Assembly: GCA_038888155.1 (NCBI GenBank)
Contig: JAWAJB010000003.1
Location: forward strand, 90,384 to 154,383
Reading direction: 5' to 3'
Source of the DNA: Desulfurococcaceae archaeon
GTDB lineage: Archaea > Thermoproteota > Thermoprotei_A > Sulfolobales > Desulfurococcaceae
Length of the DNA stretch: 64,000 bases
Shown here: positions 37,943-47,182 of the stretch, piece by piece
How the letters are laid out: each line of letters opens with the position of its first letter
Position numbering within the stretch: position 1 is the first letter of the stretch
Notes under the pieces: model-generated
The model's input: only the letters and a program-made list of their open reading frames with translations
The model's database searches: none
What the model was told of the DNA's origin: nothing
Position numbers and translations under genes: made by a program

Positions 37943-39094
37943 CTAGTTACTAGATCCTCGTTGACCCTCACTTACGAACACTCTATAGAGCGTGGAATCC
38001 ACGCCGCCCAAGTACTTTAACCCGCTACCCGTTAAGGGGATTAAGACCCTACCACTTAACTCCTTCCTCGCCAACTTAAACGCGGCATAAGCTGCAGCAC
38101 TAGTTGGCTCTACGGCAAGCCCCATCCTATAGAGGTCTTTCAGCGCATCAACTATTAAATTATCGTTAACTACTACCGAGAAGCCGCCCGACTTCTTAAT
38201 GGCCTCAGCTATGTATGGTAGCCTAGGGGCGTTAGTCAACCTTATTGCATCAGCTAACGATGTAGGGCCTGTGCAGTCAGCAGCTATAATCTCGCTTAAG
38301 TAGCGGCTTAGGGAGTCGTAACCGCATGCCTGAACGCCTACTAACTTAGGCACAGTTGATATAAGCCCTAGCTCGGCTAATTCGTTAAAGCCCTTCCAAG
38401 TACCTAGCAATAAAGTGCCGCTCGCTACTGGCGTCACCACGTAATCAACGTACTTTAATTCTTCGTACACCTCGTACGCTAGCGTTTTAGTGCCCTCGAC
38501 GAAGTAGGGATTCCACGTATGCCCTATGTAGTACCCCTTATTGCTTAAATCGCTGAGCACTTTCCTCGAAGCTTCATCTCTGCTGCCAGCTCTGACAACC
38601 TCAGCTCCAAAAGACTTTATAAGCGAGTACTTGCCTACAGGAATATCGCTCGGCACGTATATGCGCGCCTTAATACCTGCGCAGGCAGCGTAAGCTGCTA
38701 TTGAAATACCAGTATTACCCGAAGAGTCTTCTAGGACTTCATCAACGCCTAGGTCAACAGCCTTAGAAACCGCTACAGCAGAGCCCCTATCCTTAAAACT
38801 GCCAGTAGGGTTTAGATACTCCAGCTTAAAGTAGAGGGAGTTGTTCTCCGAAGACTTAACTACCGTGGGAGTTAAACCTTCCCCCAAAGAGACATGGCGG
38901 TATATGTCCGGAAGAAGGTTTGAGTACCTGAAAACGCCTCTCACATTGCTATTAACAAGCCACTTAGAGCTCCTGAGATCTATTGAAACTTCCAGGACGC
39001 CCCCACAAGAGCATCTAAACAACCTGTAGTTTTCTCCATAAACCTTCCCGCACAGCTTACACTTAATTGAGTACTTAGCCATTAGGGCTCCCAC
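37943..39094 (-). CDS. thrC: threonine synthase
   Basis: FKLEYLNPTGSFKDRG carries the PLP lysine, and SSGNTG is present. The N-terminal Zn-ribbon CKLCG...CSCGG is typical of short archaeal ThrC. Confidence 0.85.
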   Translation of the reverse strand: MGALMAKYSIKCKLCGKVYGENYRLFRCSCGGVLEVSIDLRSSKWLVNSNVRGVFRYSNLLPDIYRHVSLGEGLTPTVVKSSENNSLYFKLEYLNPTGSFKDRGSAVAVSKAVDLGVDEVLEDSSGNTGISIAAYAACAGIKARIYVPSDIPVGKYSLIKSFGAEVVRAGSRDEASRKVLSDLSNKGYYIGHTWNPYFVEGTKTLAYEVYEELKYVDYVVTPVASGTLLLGTWKGFNELAELGLISTVPKLVGVQACGYDSLSRYLSEIIAADCTGPTSLADAIRLTNAPRLPYIAEAIKKSGGFSVVVNDNLIVDALKDLYRMGLAVEPTSAAAYAAFKLARKELSGRVLIPLTGSGLKYLGGVDSTLYRVFVSEGQRGSSN

Positions 39095-39804
39095 AGCTTA
39101 TAAGAACGCTGAAATAAAAAAGCATAATTACAGTATTGATTACGGATGCAAACGTCAAATTAATCTCTTCAACCGAGTCCGCTCAACGTACACAACCCCG
39201 CTAACGCCGGTTTTACGAGCTCATCTCCATCAGCTATTAAATTCCGTATTCGCGGGTCAAAGCCCTTACATGTAGGCCGCCTTCATGGGAATTCCTTTAG
39301 GGGCGCCTGCTTCCTATGCTTGAGCTGTCCCAAACCTCCTAGTTCTGCAGCCGCACTGCTCGAGCCTAGCTAGGTTGTTAGTAGATAATAATTCCTTGAC
39401 AAGTGGATGTATTTCTGCTAGGCTACTCAGGCAACAAGCATAGCCTCGCCCGAAAGAGGTTGATAAACGCTGTCCGAGTTGCCTACGTGCGCTGAGGTTC
39501 CAAACCTAATGTAGTTTCTAGAATTCCTTGGGACAAGCTAAACAATAATATATCCAGAGAGGATACCTCACATCTGCATCAGGCTACACTACAGCAAGTC
39601 CAACCAAGGCAGCTCTTCTCTTTTCATACTTGGTTCTCGTCAGCCCCTTGAACCACCTAAGGCGTGAGGCCCTTGAAACCCCACCATAAACCCCTCAGAG
39701 TGAGCGGGCTCGTCTATCATCCAAACTGGAGTTCAGTTATGATCAACAAGTTTAATAAGTGCGTAGCCTATTTACGCGTGAAGGATGTTGAAAGGATTAG
39801 TATC

Positions 39805-40266
39805 ATGAGAGTTATTGTGGTTTTCGAGACGAATTACGGTAACACGAGACGCGTGGCAGAGGAGATACGTGAGGGAATGAAGGAGGTTAGCGGGGTAGAG
39901 GTTGTCCTCAAGGAACTTAAGGAGGTAGACGTGAGGGATATCGCTAACTTTGACATGATCTTGATAGGCTCTCCAAACCACATGGGCGGTCCTACGAGAG
40001 GCATTAAAGCGTTCATCGATGAGCTCGGTAGGCTACGGCTGGAGGGAGTTATGTACGCTGCCTTTGACACGTACATGGGGGGAGATCGCGAGAAGGCTGT
40101 GAGGAAGATTGTCGAGCGAGTGAGCAAGAGAGCTCCATGGCTGAAGCAGGTGGCAGGTGGCTTATCCGTGAGGGTGCAGGGCCTGAGGGGACCTGTTGCG
40201 GAAGGCGAGCTCCCTAAATGCAGGGAATTCGGGAGGAGCATAGCAGCCCAGCTTAAGAGAGGCTGA
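39805..40266 (+). CDS. flavodoxin-like protein
   Basis: MRVIVVFETNYGNTRRVAE (FMN phosphate loop) and IGSPNHMGGPT are present. The track ORF starts at 39664, but the homology-like region begins at the ATG at 39805. Confidence 0.75.
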   Translation: MRVIVVFETNYGNTRRVAEEIREGMKEVSGVEVVLKELKEVDVRDIANFDMILIGSPNHMGGPTRGIKAFIDELGRLRLEGVMYAAFDTYMGGDREKAVRKIVERVSKRAPWLKQVAGGLSVRVQGLRGPVAEGELPKCREFGRSIAAQLKRG

Positions 40267-40269
40267 TAA

Positions 40270-40662
40270 GTGATGGGCAGGAAGTTAAGGGGGTCGCGGA
40301 GAGTTGCTTTCATCAGCTCCCTATGGGTTGTCCAATCAGTTGGCAGGCTTTTCTTCGCCGCACTCGGCACGCCTACAGGAATGGGGCGGTTCCTAGACAC
40401 TCCAGTATCGTCTACGGTCTCGTTTTTGCTCTTCACGATGTTCCTCTCTTTGGGGGTCTTAGGGCTCATCGCCGCTCTCGGGCTCCTAGCAAGGCGGAAA
40501 TGGGGTCTTTGGCTCACGATCATAGCCAGCGTAGCAACTATAGTCTTTGACGCGTGGGGGTTAACAATACAGCTCACAGCCGCCATTGGTCTCATCGTGC
40601 CGGTTATATCAATCCTAGTTCTCTACCCCAGGAGATCACAGCTATTCACTGCTGCAAGCTGA
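40270..40662 (+). CDS. hypothetical membrane protein
   Basis: A 130 aa ORF with three or four hydrophobic helices, starting 3 nt after the flavodoxin stop. Confidence 0.5.
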   Translation: MMGRKLRGSRRVAFISSLWVVQSVGRLFFAALGTPTGMGRFLDTPVSSTVSFLLFTMFLSLGVLGLIAALGLLARRKWGLWLTIIASVATIVFDAWGLTIQLTAAIGLIVPVISILVLYPRRSQLFTAAS

Positions 40663-41034
40663 CTCCCTATCGCGCAGTCTAAGCCTCTATTGGTTTAAGC
40701 GAGCTCTTCTAGATCTATAGTGGTAAGGGGAATCTACTTACTGGATATACTCAACGAGTTCAACGGCACCCGAAACAGCCCCGATCTTGAGTCGATCGAT
40801 CGCCTTCGGCTTTCCATAATCAACTACACCTCTCTCGCTATGGACTCTCCACATGAAGATTTTGCCAATGCTGAGGACCTCAGAGCCCTCTCTCCATCAT
40901 TCTTGCTTTGCACCTACTGGAGAACCCTTAGCCTATCACTATCATCACGGCTCAAGGGTTCAAAACTTCATGCAAATGCCTCGCTGTCCAGCCCACGGCA
41001 TTAGCTCATAAATAATGGGCAAGCATAAGTGTAG

Positions 41035-41109
41035 CGGGCCCGCCGGGACTTGAACCCGGGACCTCCGGCTCCGAAGGCCGGCGCCCTGTCCTGGCTAGGC
41101 TACGGGCCC
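41035..41109 (-). tRNA. tRNA-Arg (anticodon UCG), no intron, CCA not encoded
   Basis: The minus strand reads GGGCCCG-UA-GCCU-AGCCAGGACA-GGGC-G-CCGGC-CUUCGGA-GCCGG-AGGUC-CCGGG-UUCAAGU-CCCGG-CGGGCCC-G. This is a complete 75 nt cloverleaf with a 7 bp acceptor stem and a UUCAAGU T-loop. Confidence 0.93.
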
Positions 41110-41146
41110 TCGCGGCTCTTGTGCGCCCGCTTGAAAAACCAAGGGC

Positions 41147-41746
41147 TTATGCAGTTTTAAACAGCAGCTCCTTGACGTTGTAGCCCTCTCTCGTGAACAC
41201 AAGTAGGTCTACGCCATCTCCTGTTAGCACATCTCTCTCTATTACAGTCTTAATAGCCTCTATAGCTACTTTCTCTGCTTCTTCAGGAGCAATATCCTCT
41301 CTGTACTTAGGCTCTATGTAGCCTAGCGCTAGCTGTGAGCCAGAGCCCACGGCAACGTATCGCTCCTCTATTAAGCTTCCAGCGGGGTCGAGCACGTAGA
41401 GCGACGGGCCCTCGTCGTCGTAACCTCCCACTACTACCTCTGTGAACATTGGGAACAGCTTATAGCTGTAGAGCACTACTGAAAGCAACTTCGCGAGGCT
41501 CTTAGTTCTGATCTCCCTGTTGTGCTGCAGCTCGTACTGCTTTGCCTCAAACTTGAGCACCTTGACTAAGTAGCCAATATCGCCCATTAGCCCAGCGAAC
41601 GCAACGCCGCACCTGCTTGTCACTGGGTAGACTTTTTTGGCCTGCTTACTTAGAACGAAGCCGTCATAGGTTACTCTCTTGTCGCTAGCTAGCACAACGC
41701 TGTTTTTCGTCTTTAAGCCAATAGCTGTACCGGGTATTAACGCCAT
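41147..41746 (-). CDS. psmB: proteasome subunit beta
   Basis: The propeptide MALIPG is followed by the catalytic Thr in TAIGLKTKNSVVLASDKR. GSGS is present. Confidence 0.9.
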   Translation of the reverse strand: MALIPGTAIGLKTKNSVVLASDKRVTYDGFVLSKQAKKVYPVTSRCGVAFAGLMGDIGYLVKVLKFEAKQYELQHNREIRTKSLAKLLSVVLYSYKLFPMFTEVVVGGYDDEGPSLYVLDPAGSLIEERYVAVGSGSQLALGYIEPKYREDIAPEEAEKVAIEAIKTVIERDVLTGDGVDLLVFTREGYNVKELLFKTA

Positions 41747-41890
41747 GGTATATCTCCTATTAGCTATAAGTCTACAGAGCTATTAAATCCAGATACGCCG
41801 CAGTGAAATACTTTCGGCAACCCCTCAGACTGCAGTTTAAAAAACACGCAGTATAAGAACAGGGTAGCCTAAGTTTATGCTGGTGATAGA

Positions 41891-42484
41891 GTGAAGTGCA
41901 CCTGCTGCGGAGGCGCCCTAGTTTGGGACTACCGGAGCGGGGAGGTTGTGTGCAGTAAGTGCGGGGTAGTGCACGACAGGCTAACATCGCTTGAGGTAGC
42001 GGGCTTCAGGGAGTACCTGTACAAGGCCTCCGAGGAGAAACACAACAGGCCTCGTGGGACGCGCACCGCGAAGATAGTCTCCTCGGGGTACAAATACGCG
42101 GTCAGGCTCTACAGAGTAGGTAGCAGGTTAACTAAAGGCAGGCCTTGGCTCGAAGTAGACTACGAGAAGGTGTTCAGAAGCGGCAAGTTCGTGCACTCAA
42201 TTAGGTCGAGGGCTTCGCTAAAGGCCGCTAAGAACATCGAGCTGGGTGGTTGCTGGGGAACAGTCAAGAGAGGGCTTGAGTACGTAGATTCTGTGAACCC
42301 AGCGTACCTAGCTAGGAGCGAGAGAGGCAAGTACGCGCTAGCCTACATAGTGGCCAGGAGACTTGAGACAGGGAGGATACCCAAGCAGGACGAAGTACTA
42401 GAGGTATTCAACATCAGCATTATGAGTTATAAGCGTTTATGCGCAATAGCTGAGAGGCTCGTTAGGGGATACCTAAGCGCGTGA
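41891..42484 (+). CDS. truncated TFIIB/TFB-like protein (Zn-ribbon plus one cyclin-like/HTH segment), TFB3-like
   Basis: The N-terminal CTCCGGALVWDYRSGEVVCSKCGVV matches the TFIIB-type ribbon. The C-terminal KYALAYIVARRLETGRIPKQDEVLEVFNISIMSYKRLCAIAERL resembles a single TFB cyclin-repeat helix-turn-helix. Length is only 197 aa. Confidence 0.55.
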   Translation: MKCTCCGGALVWDYRSGEVVCSKCGVVHDRLTSLEVAGFREYLYKASEEKHNRPRGTRTAKIVSSGYKYAVRLYRVGSRLTKGRPWLEVDYEKVFRSGKFVHSIRSRASLKAAKNIELGGCWGTVKRGLEYVDSVNPAYLARSERGKYALAYIVARRLETGRIPKQDEVLEVFNISIMSYKRLCAIAERLVRGYLSA

Positions 42485-42570
42485 GCTAGTCGTTCGCGGC
42501 GCAGAGCTTTGATAATAAGAGTTAGTTAAGCTTATAGTAAGCAAGCGTTATTCCTAAATAGGTCTCAGAG

Positions 42571-43575
42571 ATGGCTTTCGCTAAATACTACATTAGAGAT
42601 TACACTGAGCTATACGCCTATCTAAATGAGAGCCTAAAGAGAATAAAGCCCAGAGTAGGAGAGCCGCTTAACGAGCTCCTGAAGAGGAAGCTCGCTTTCT
42701 CCTACGAGGTTATTCTAAAGGAGCTGGAGCGGGTCTACGCAGTGCTAAGCGAGGTTAACTCCTCTGGTAGCTTTTACAGGGAGCTATTCAAAGCGTACGT
42801 AGGAGAAGATCCTCACGCATTAGCGCAACTCGTAAGGAGGAGGATCCAGCTAGCCAAGGAAGTGTACAGGGAGTTTGCAGGAGAGCTCAACGAGGTGAGC
42901 GGGACGAGGGGGAAGAACTACGCTGAGCTGTTCAGGGGCAACATAGGTAGATTGCTATCGCTGTACAAGAGGATCAACAGGAAAGTCGTCCTCGTTAAAG
43001 TGTTCCTAAAAGAAGTATCTAAGATGCCAGATGTGAGAGGAGATTACGTGGTGGTTATTGCGGGCCTCCCTCAGGTCGGGAAGTCAACTATCCTCTCAAA
43101 GCTAACATCAGCTAAGCCAGAGATTGGCACTTACCCGTTTACAACGAAAACCCTCATAGCGGGGCACATTTCAGTAGAGCCCTACGGGAGAATTGTGCTC
43201 ATCGACTCCCCTGGCGTACTAGACTCGCCAATTGAGGAGAAGAACATCATTGAGCGCAAAGCCGTACTAGCTGTCAAGCACCTAGCTGACCACATGCTGT
43301 ACGTCTTCGCCGCAGACAGAGCGTTTTACTACACGCTTGACGAGCAGGTCAAAGTTTACTACGCGCTTAGAGCAATTCTGGGGGACAAGCCAACTAGCGT
43401 CGTAGTCAACAAAGTTGATACCGTTGATGAGATTTACCTACGGGAAGTTCTCAACGCAGTGAAAGGAGCTACCTCTACCTCTCCCATTCCAGTATCAGCT
43501 GTAACAGGGCTGAACCTAGATAAGTTGAGGGATGCGCTAATAGGATACTTTATGGGTAGAAGCCAACGCCGCTGA
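42571..43575 (+). CDS. NOG1/MMR-HSR1-type GTP-binding protein
   Basis: G1 is AGLPQVGKST, G2 is the YPFTTK region, G3 is DSPG and G4 is NKVD. A roughly 160 aa helical N-terminal domain resembles that of Nog1. Confidence 0.75.
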   Translation: MAFAKYYIRDYTELYAYLNESLKRIKPRVGEPLNELLKRKLAFSYEVILKELERVYAVLSEVNSSGSFYRELFKAYVGEDPHALAQLVRRRIQLAKEVYREFAGELNEVSGTRGKNYAELFRGNIGRLLSLYKRINRKVVLVKVFLKEVSKMPDVRGDYVVVIAGLPQVGKSTILSKLTSAKPEIGTYPFTTKTLIAGHISVEPYGRIVLIDSPGVLDSPIEEKNIIERKAVLAVKHLADHMLYVFAADRAFYYTLDEQVKVYYALRAILGDKPTSVVVNKVDTVDEIYLREVLNAVKGATSTSPIPVSAVTGLNLDKLRDALIGYFMGRSQRR

Positions 43576-44623
43576 CCGTTATTATTCCAGGCCTGTTGAG
43601 ATCTCCGCTTACTTTTACTGATGCCTCTGGGAAGAAAACCTTAAGCACCTCAATAGCTGTGAGCAAGTGCATCGTGATCTTCGCAACTCCAACTCTACTA
43701 CTCCCCCTCGCCAAAAACAAGTAGGGTATTAGCATGTCCCCCATGTGCCTGTCAAAGCTCATTCCCGTTTCGTAGTCCTCTATCAGACTTCTTGCCGCCT
43801 CTTCGCCTACTTTCTCAGCCGGTTTGCCCCTCTCGCCCACGGAGTCCCCAGCAACTCTAACCTTGTTATCTGTTTCAACGTAGATTAGTATACCGCTTCC
43901 AGGACCTAGGTGGGGGTCTCTATCCGGGGGATACGTCTCTAAGACAGCTCTTGGCTCAAGCCCAATTACCCTGCTCAACGCGCGTAGGGCAGAGTCCAAT
44001 TGCCTCTTAGCTACGTGGTGAGGTAGCTTGACGCAGTGGCTTATTGCGCACAAATTAACTGGTTTGCCGCGAGATACTAAGTCAATTGGCTTGATAGGCC
44101 CCTCAACTGGAGCTACATTTAGCTCTACTAATCCCCCTCCTCTAGGGTAGTGCCCGCGCCTGTGTAGCTTGATGTCTACGTTTATGCCTAAGTGCTTAAT
44201 GTTGTAGCTAAAGACGTGTACCATGTAGTCTATGGGCGGGCTCATTGACACGTTTGTTCCTCCAGTTAAGGCGACCCTTGACTTGCAGTTGCTGTAGAGC
44301 AGAACAGGTAAAATGGCCTGTATTACCAGCGACGTGCTTCCAGCTGTTCCAATATCGAACTTAAAATCGCCGCACAGCCTCCTCTTTGGCTTAAATACAA
44401 TTGACGTGCTTCCAACGCGGTTGTTCTCCACTTCTGCTTGAGTTAGCTCTGCGATTGCATTTACAGCTGTTAGGTGCTGAGGTCGGAGGCCTGGGTTGCT
44501 CCGCTTAACTCTAATGTTGTAGATCTCCACAGGTTTGAGGAGGAGAGCTGAAAGCGCTAAGGCATACCTAAGTACTTGTCCCCCTCCCTCCCCAATGCTA
44601 CCATCTATTTTGACTGTGCTCAT
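43550..44623 (-). CDS. rtcA: RNA 3'-terminal phosphate cyclase
   Basis: IDGSIGEGGGQVLRYALALSALL...IRVKRSNPGLRPQHL is present, and the length (357 aa) fits. Confidence 0.9.
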   Translation of the reverse strand: MSTVKIDGSIGEGGGQVLRYALALSALLLKPVEIYNIRVKRSNPGLRPQHLTAVNAIAELTQAEVENNRVGSTSIVFKPKRRLCGDFKFDIGTAGSTSLVIQAILPVLLYSNCKSRVALTGGTNVSMSPPIDYMVHVFSYNIKHLGINVDIKLHRRGHYPRGGGLVELNVAPVEGPIKPIDLVSRGKPVNLCAISHCVKLPHHVAKRQLDSALRALSRVIGLEPRAVLETYPPDRDPHLGPGSGILIYVETDNKVRVAGDSVGERGKPAEKVGEEAARSLIEDYETGMSFDRHMGDMLIPYLFLARGSSRVGVAKITMHLLTAIEVLKVFFPEASVKVSGDLNRPGIITVSGVGFYP

Positions 44624-45134
44624 CTACGCACAGCCTCTTAACTCTGTCTACTCCCTTTACTTCATCGATGTACTCTGAGACCTCGGCTGGCACTAGGTCT
44701 CTCCACTCGTCGTTGCCCTCTAGCATTAATCTCCTGATCTGCGCCCCGTGATACCTCTCTGGCTCAAGCAACTTCACTCCCTTCGTCTTAAACCCAAGCC
44801 AACTAAACAAGTAAAGGACTTGGGGGTTGCCTGAAGCTACTACCTCGACTTGGGGCGAGAGCGACAGCAAGTAAGATGACCACGCCAGCGGCATATTTAT
44901 GTCCGGGACAGGGATTACCCAAACTCTGCCTATGAGGTTGTTTCTAGCGATAACCCTGTACAGCATCTCCCAGCGCTCGCCGGCAGTAAATGGGTTTTTA
45001 CACGTGTACCCTTCTTGCGCGCTACCTATAGCTACAACTACCTCGCTTACCTCTGAGAGGAGCTGGCTCAGCGCGCTTAAGTGTCCTTTGTGGAAAGGCT
45101 GAAATCTACCTGGGAAGAGCGCTCTCTTAAGCAA
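44598..45134 (-). CDS. nicotinamide-nucleotide adenylyltransferase (archaeal type)
   Basis: RALFPGRFQPFHKGHL carries the (H/T)xGH motif. Length is 178 aa. The gene overlaps the rtcA start by 26 nt. Confidence 0.85.
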   Translation of the reverse strand: MLKRALFPGRFQPFHKGHLSALSQLLSEVSEVVVAIGSAQEGYTCKNPFTAGERWEMLYRVIARNNLIGRVWVIPVPDINMPLAWSSYLLSLSPQVEVVASGNPQVLYLFSWLGFKTKGVKLLEPERYHGAQIRRLMLEGNDEWRDLVPAEVSEYIDEVKGVDRVKRLCVDEHSQNRW

Positions 45135-45154
45135 ATTTAAACACCACCATTAAT

Positions 45155-47092
45155 TTAAGAAGTTAAATTAATTGAGTCTAAGTTTGACGGAGTGTATATC
45201 TTCTCCACGAACTGCCTTATCTCCCTAGATTTGCGTAAAAGCGCTGCAAGCGCTTCAATGGAGTTCCTCTCACCGTGATTAAGTATAATTGTCTTTGGCT
45301 TCGGGTTCATGTCGCGCACGTACGCGAGAAGCTCCCTTTGATCGCTGTGGCCGCTGAACCCATCAATGCTGTGTACTTCTAGTTGCACCTTGATGACCTC
45401 AACTCTGTTCTCAGAAACTGTTGGGACTTCCTTAATTCCGTCCTTCACCGACCTTCCAAGAGTTCCCTCTGCTTGGTAGCCCACGAAGACAATTGCGTTT
45501 TTAGGGTCGCTAGCTAGTAGCTTGAAGTAATCTACAGCCGGCCCTCCGTTCAACATGCCGCTTGTCGCGATTATTATAGAGGGCCTATCCTCTATTACGT
45601 CTGGTCTAGCAACAGGGCCTTCAAGTATCTTTACATTACTAGTTATAAATGGGTTCTCGCCATCGTAAATAGCGTCTCTTATTTTCTTGTTCAAGTACTC
45701 TGGGTACTGGAGGTGTATTGCTGTCACCTCGTTTACCAGCCCCTCCACGTAGATGTTCATTCTCGGTATTAAGCCCTGCTCAATTGCGCTGTTCAAGATC
45801 AACATGATTTCCTGCCCTCTGCCGGCTGCAAATACAGGTATCAGCATTATACCGTTCCGCTCAGCAACTCTCTTAGCTATCTCAACAAGCCTTGACTCAG
45901 CGCTAGACCTTGACTCCTGTATGGTAGCGCCGTACGTGCTCTCCATTATCAGCGCTTCTGCCCTAGGGAACACTACGTTTGCCCTGCTAAGTAGCCTTGA
46001 GTCAGCGTACTTGAAGTCCCCAGTATAAACAACATTGTACATGCCCATTCCTATGTGCAGGTGCACTATAGCCGAGCCCAGCAAGTGCCCTCCGTTGTAC
46101 ATTGTCAGCTTTATATCCGGCGCTACGTCAGTTACTTCGTCGTAGTCCACTGCAATCGTGTGTAAAAGCGTTGATACGAGGTCTTTCTCTCCGTAAGGCA
46201 GGTACTTCCCCGATGTCCTAGACACGTCTAAGAGGTCCTTTAACATAATAGTTAAGAGCTCTCTAGTTGGCTTCGTCACGTAAACAGGGCCGCGGTACCC
46301 GTACTTGTACAGCAGGGGAAGCGATCCAATGTGGTCTAAGTGCGCGTGAGTTACTATTATTCCATCGAGCTCATCGAGTTTAAGCATATCTATTAGCGGG
46401 TAAGCTCTATTGGGGTCGTCGAAGGTGCCTACGTTTATCCCGAAGTCGAGGAGGGCCTTGCTCTCTCGGGTTTCAACTAGAATAGCTGACCTCCCTACCT
46501 CCATGAAGCCGCCTAAGGATGTTATCCTCGCATAGTTGTTCTTGTATATTATATCCCTGTGAACTCTATCCCCTAGCTCTCTGAGGAAATCCAACCTGTA
46601 AGAGCTCTGCTTCAGTATAATTGAAGTTACCTCCTTTAGCGTCTTTGACTCAAACGGGGTTGTCCTCAGAGGTATAACTCTCCACCCCGTCTCGGCGAGG
46701 AGGACGTTTCTAAACATGCTGTTCTTCCCCACTAGGAGTCCCGGCTTCTCTGCTTTAACAATAACTTCCCCGCTTGCATCGTCAAAGAAGATCTCGCTTG
46801 GGTCAACGCCAGCCTCTTTAGGCGCGTGCTCGAGTATTTTCTTCTTGGCCTCAACGGGGTCTAGTCTAACTTCACCTGAAACTCTCAACACAATTCTCTT
46901 GCGCACTTTCTTCGCGATATTCTGGGCTAGCATGGGGTGCTTTACGAGGGCAGCTCTGTTCTTAACGTAGATCACAATGAAGGGACCTTCGAACTCTATG
47001 CTGGCTAGCCCGAGGTCTTCAGGTATCTCTTCCATTATGCTCTTCAACAACGTTAATTTGTTCTTATCTAGTAAAACTCTACCTGATTTCAC
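45155..47092 (-). CDS. beta-CASP ribonuclease aCPSF1 (KH domains plus metallo-beta-lactamase plus beta-CASP)
   Basis: THAHLDHIG carries the HxHxDH motif. A roughly 180 aa KH-like N-terminal region is present, and the C-terminal ...GFSGHSD...LNHGE motifs fit. Length is 645 aa. Confidence 0.92.
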   Translation of the reverse strand: MKSGRVLLDKNKLTLLKSIMEEIPEDLGLASIEFEGPFIVIYVKNRAALVKHPMLAQNIAKKVRKRIVLRVSGEVRLDPVEAKKKILEHAPKEAGVDPSEIFFDDASGEVIVKAEKPGLLVGKNSMFRNVLLAETGWRVIPLRTTPFESKTLKEVTSIILKQSSYRLDFLRELGDRVHRDIIYKNNYARITSLGGFMEVGRSAILVETRESKALLDFGINVGTFDDPNRAYPLIDMLKLDELDGIIVTHAHLDHIGSLPLLYKYGYRGPVYVTKPTRELLTIMLKDLLDVSRTSGKYLPYGEKDLVSTLLHTIAVDYDEVTDVAPDIKLTMYNGGHLLGSAIVHLHIGMGMYNVVYTGDFKYADSRLLSRANVVFPRAEALIMESTYGATIQESRSSAESRLVEIAKRVAERNGIMLIPVFAAGRGQEIMLILNSAIEQGLIPRMNIYVEGLVNEVTAIHLQYPEYLNKKIRDAIYDGENPFITSNVKILEGPVARPDVIEDRPSIIIATSGMLNGGPAVDYFKLLASDPKNAIVFVGYQAEGTLGRSVKDGIKEVPTVSENRVEVIKVQLEVHSIDGFSGHSDQRELLAYVRDMNPKPKTIILNHGERNSIEALAALLRKSREIRQFVEKIYTPSNLDSINLTS

Positions 47093-47182
47093 GTTTAACC
47101 CCTTAGGATGGAAGCAGTTAACTAGTTAAGTAGCTATTGGTTTATATATTACAGGGCTTTTTAAATGTAACCACCAAATCGC

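Noticed and set aside
37783-37953. A 56-codon ATG ORF (MKTSGDLTKPPAPRPAAS...CAHCRRFGLDQHEWLQRLL) below the track threshold.
   Set aside because: It has no motif, overlaps the thrC 3' end, and nothing beyond the open frame supports it. It might be real but cannot be supported from sequence alone.
39640-39690. Possible att-like repeat of the tRNA-Arg 3' half (CTTGAACC).
   Set aside because: Only about 8 nt match, which is expected by chance. No integrase fragment was recognised, so I make no integrated-element call.
39834-40595. A 253 aa minus-strand ORF spanning the flavodoxin and membrane-protein genes.
   Set aside because: It runs antisense to two ORFs with recognisable features (flavodoxin phosphate loop, TM helices). 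Its product is low-complexity and Ser/Pro/Arg/Thr-rich. It is a typical shadow ORF in G+C-richer DNA.
40880-40948. A minus-strand GTGATGA ... ATGATGG-N10-CTGA arrangement near tRNA-Arg, considered as a second C/D box sRNA.
   Set aside because: No D'-like box sits 12 nt after the C box. The C-to-C' distance of about 41 nt is far outside the archaeal C/D architecture. Only one guide would be functional, so the evidence is too weak.
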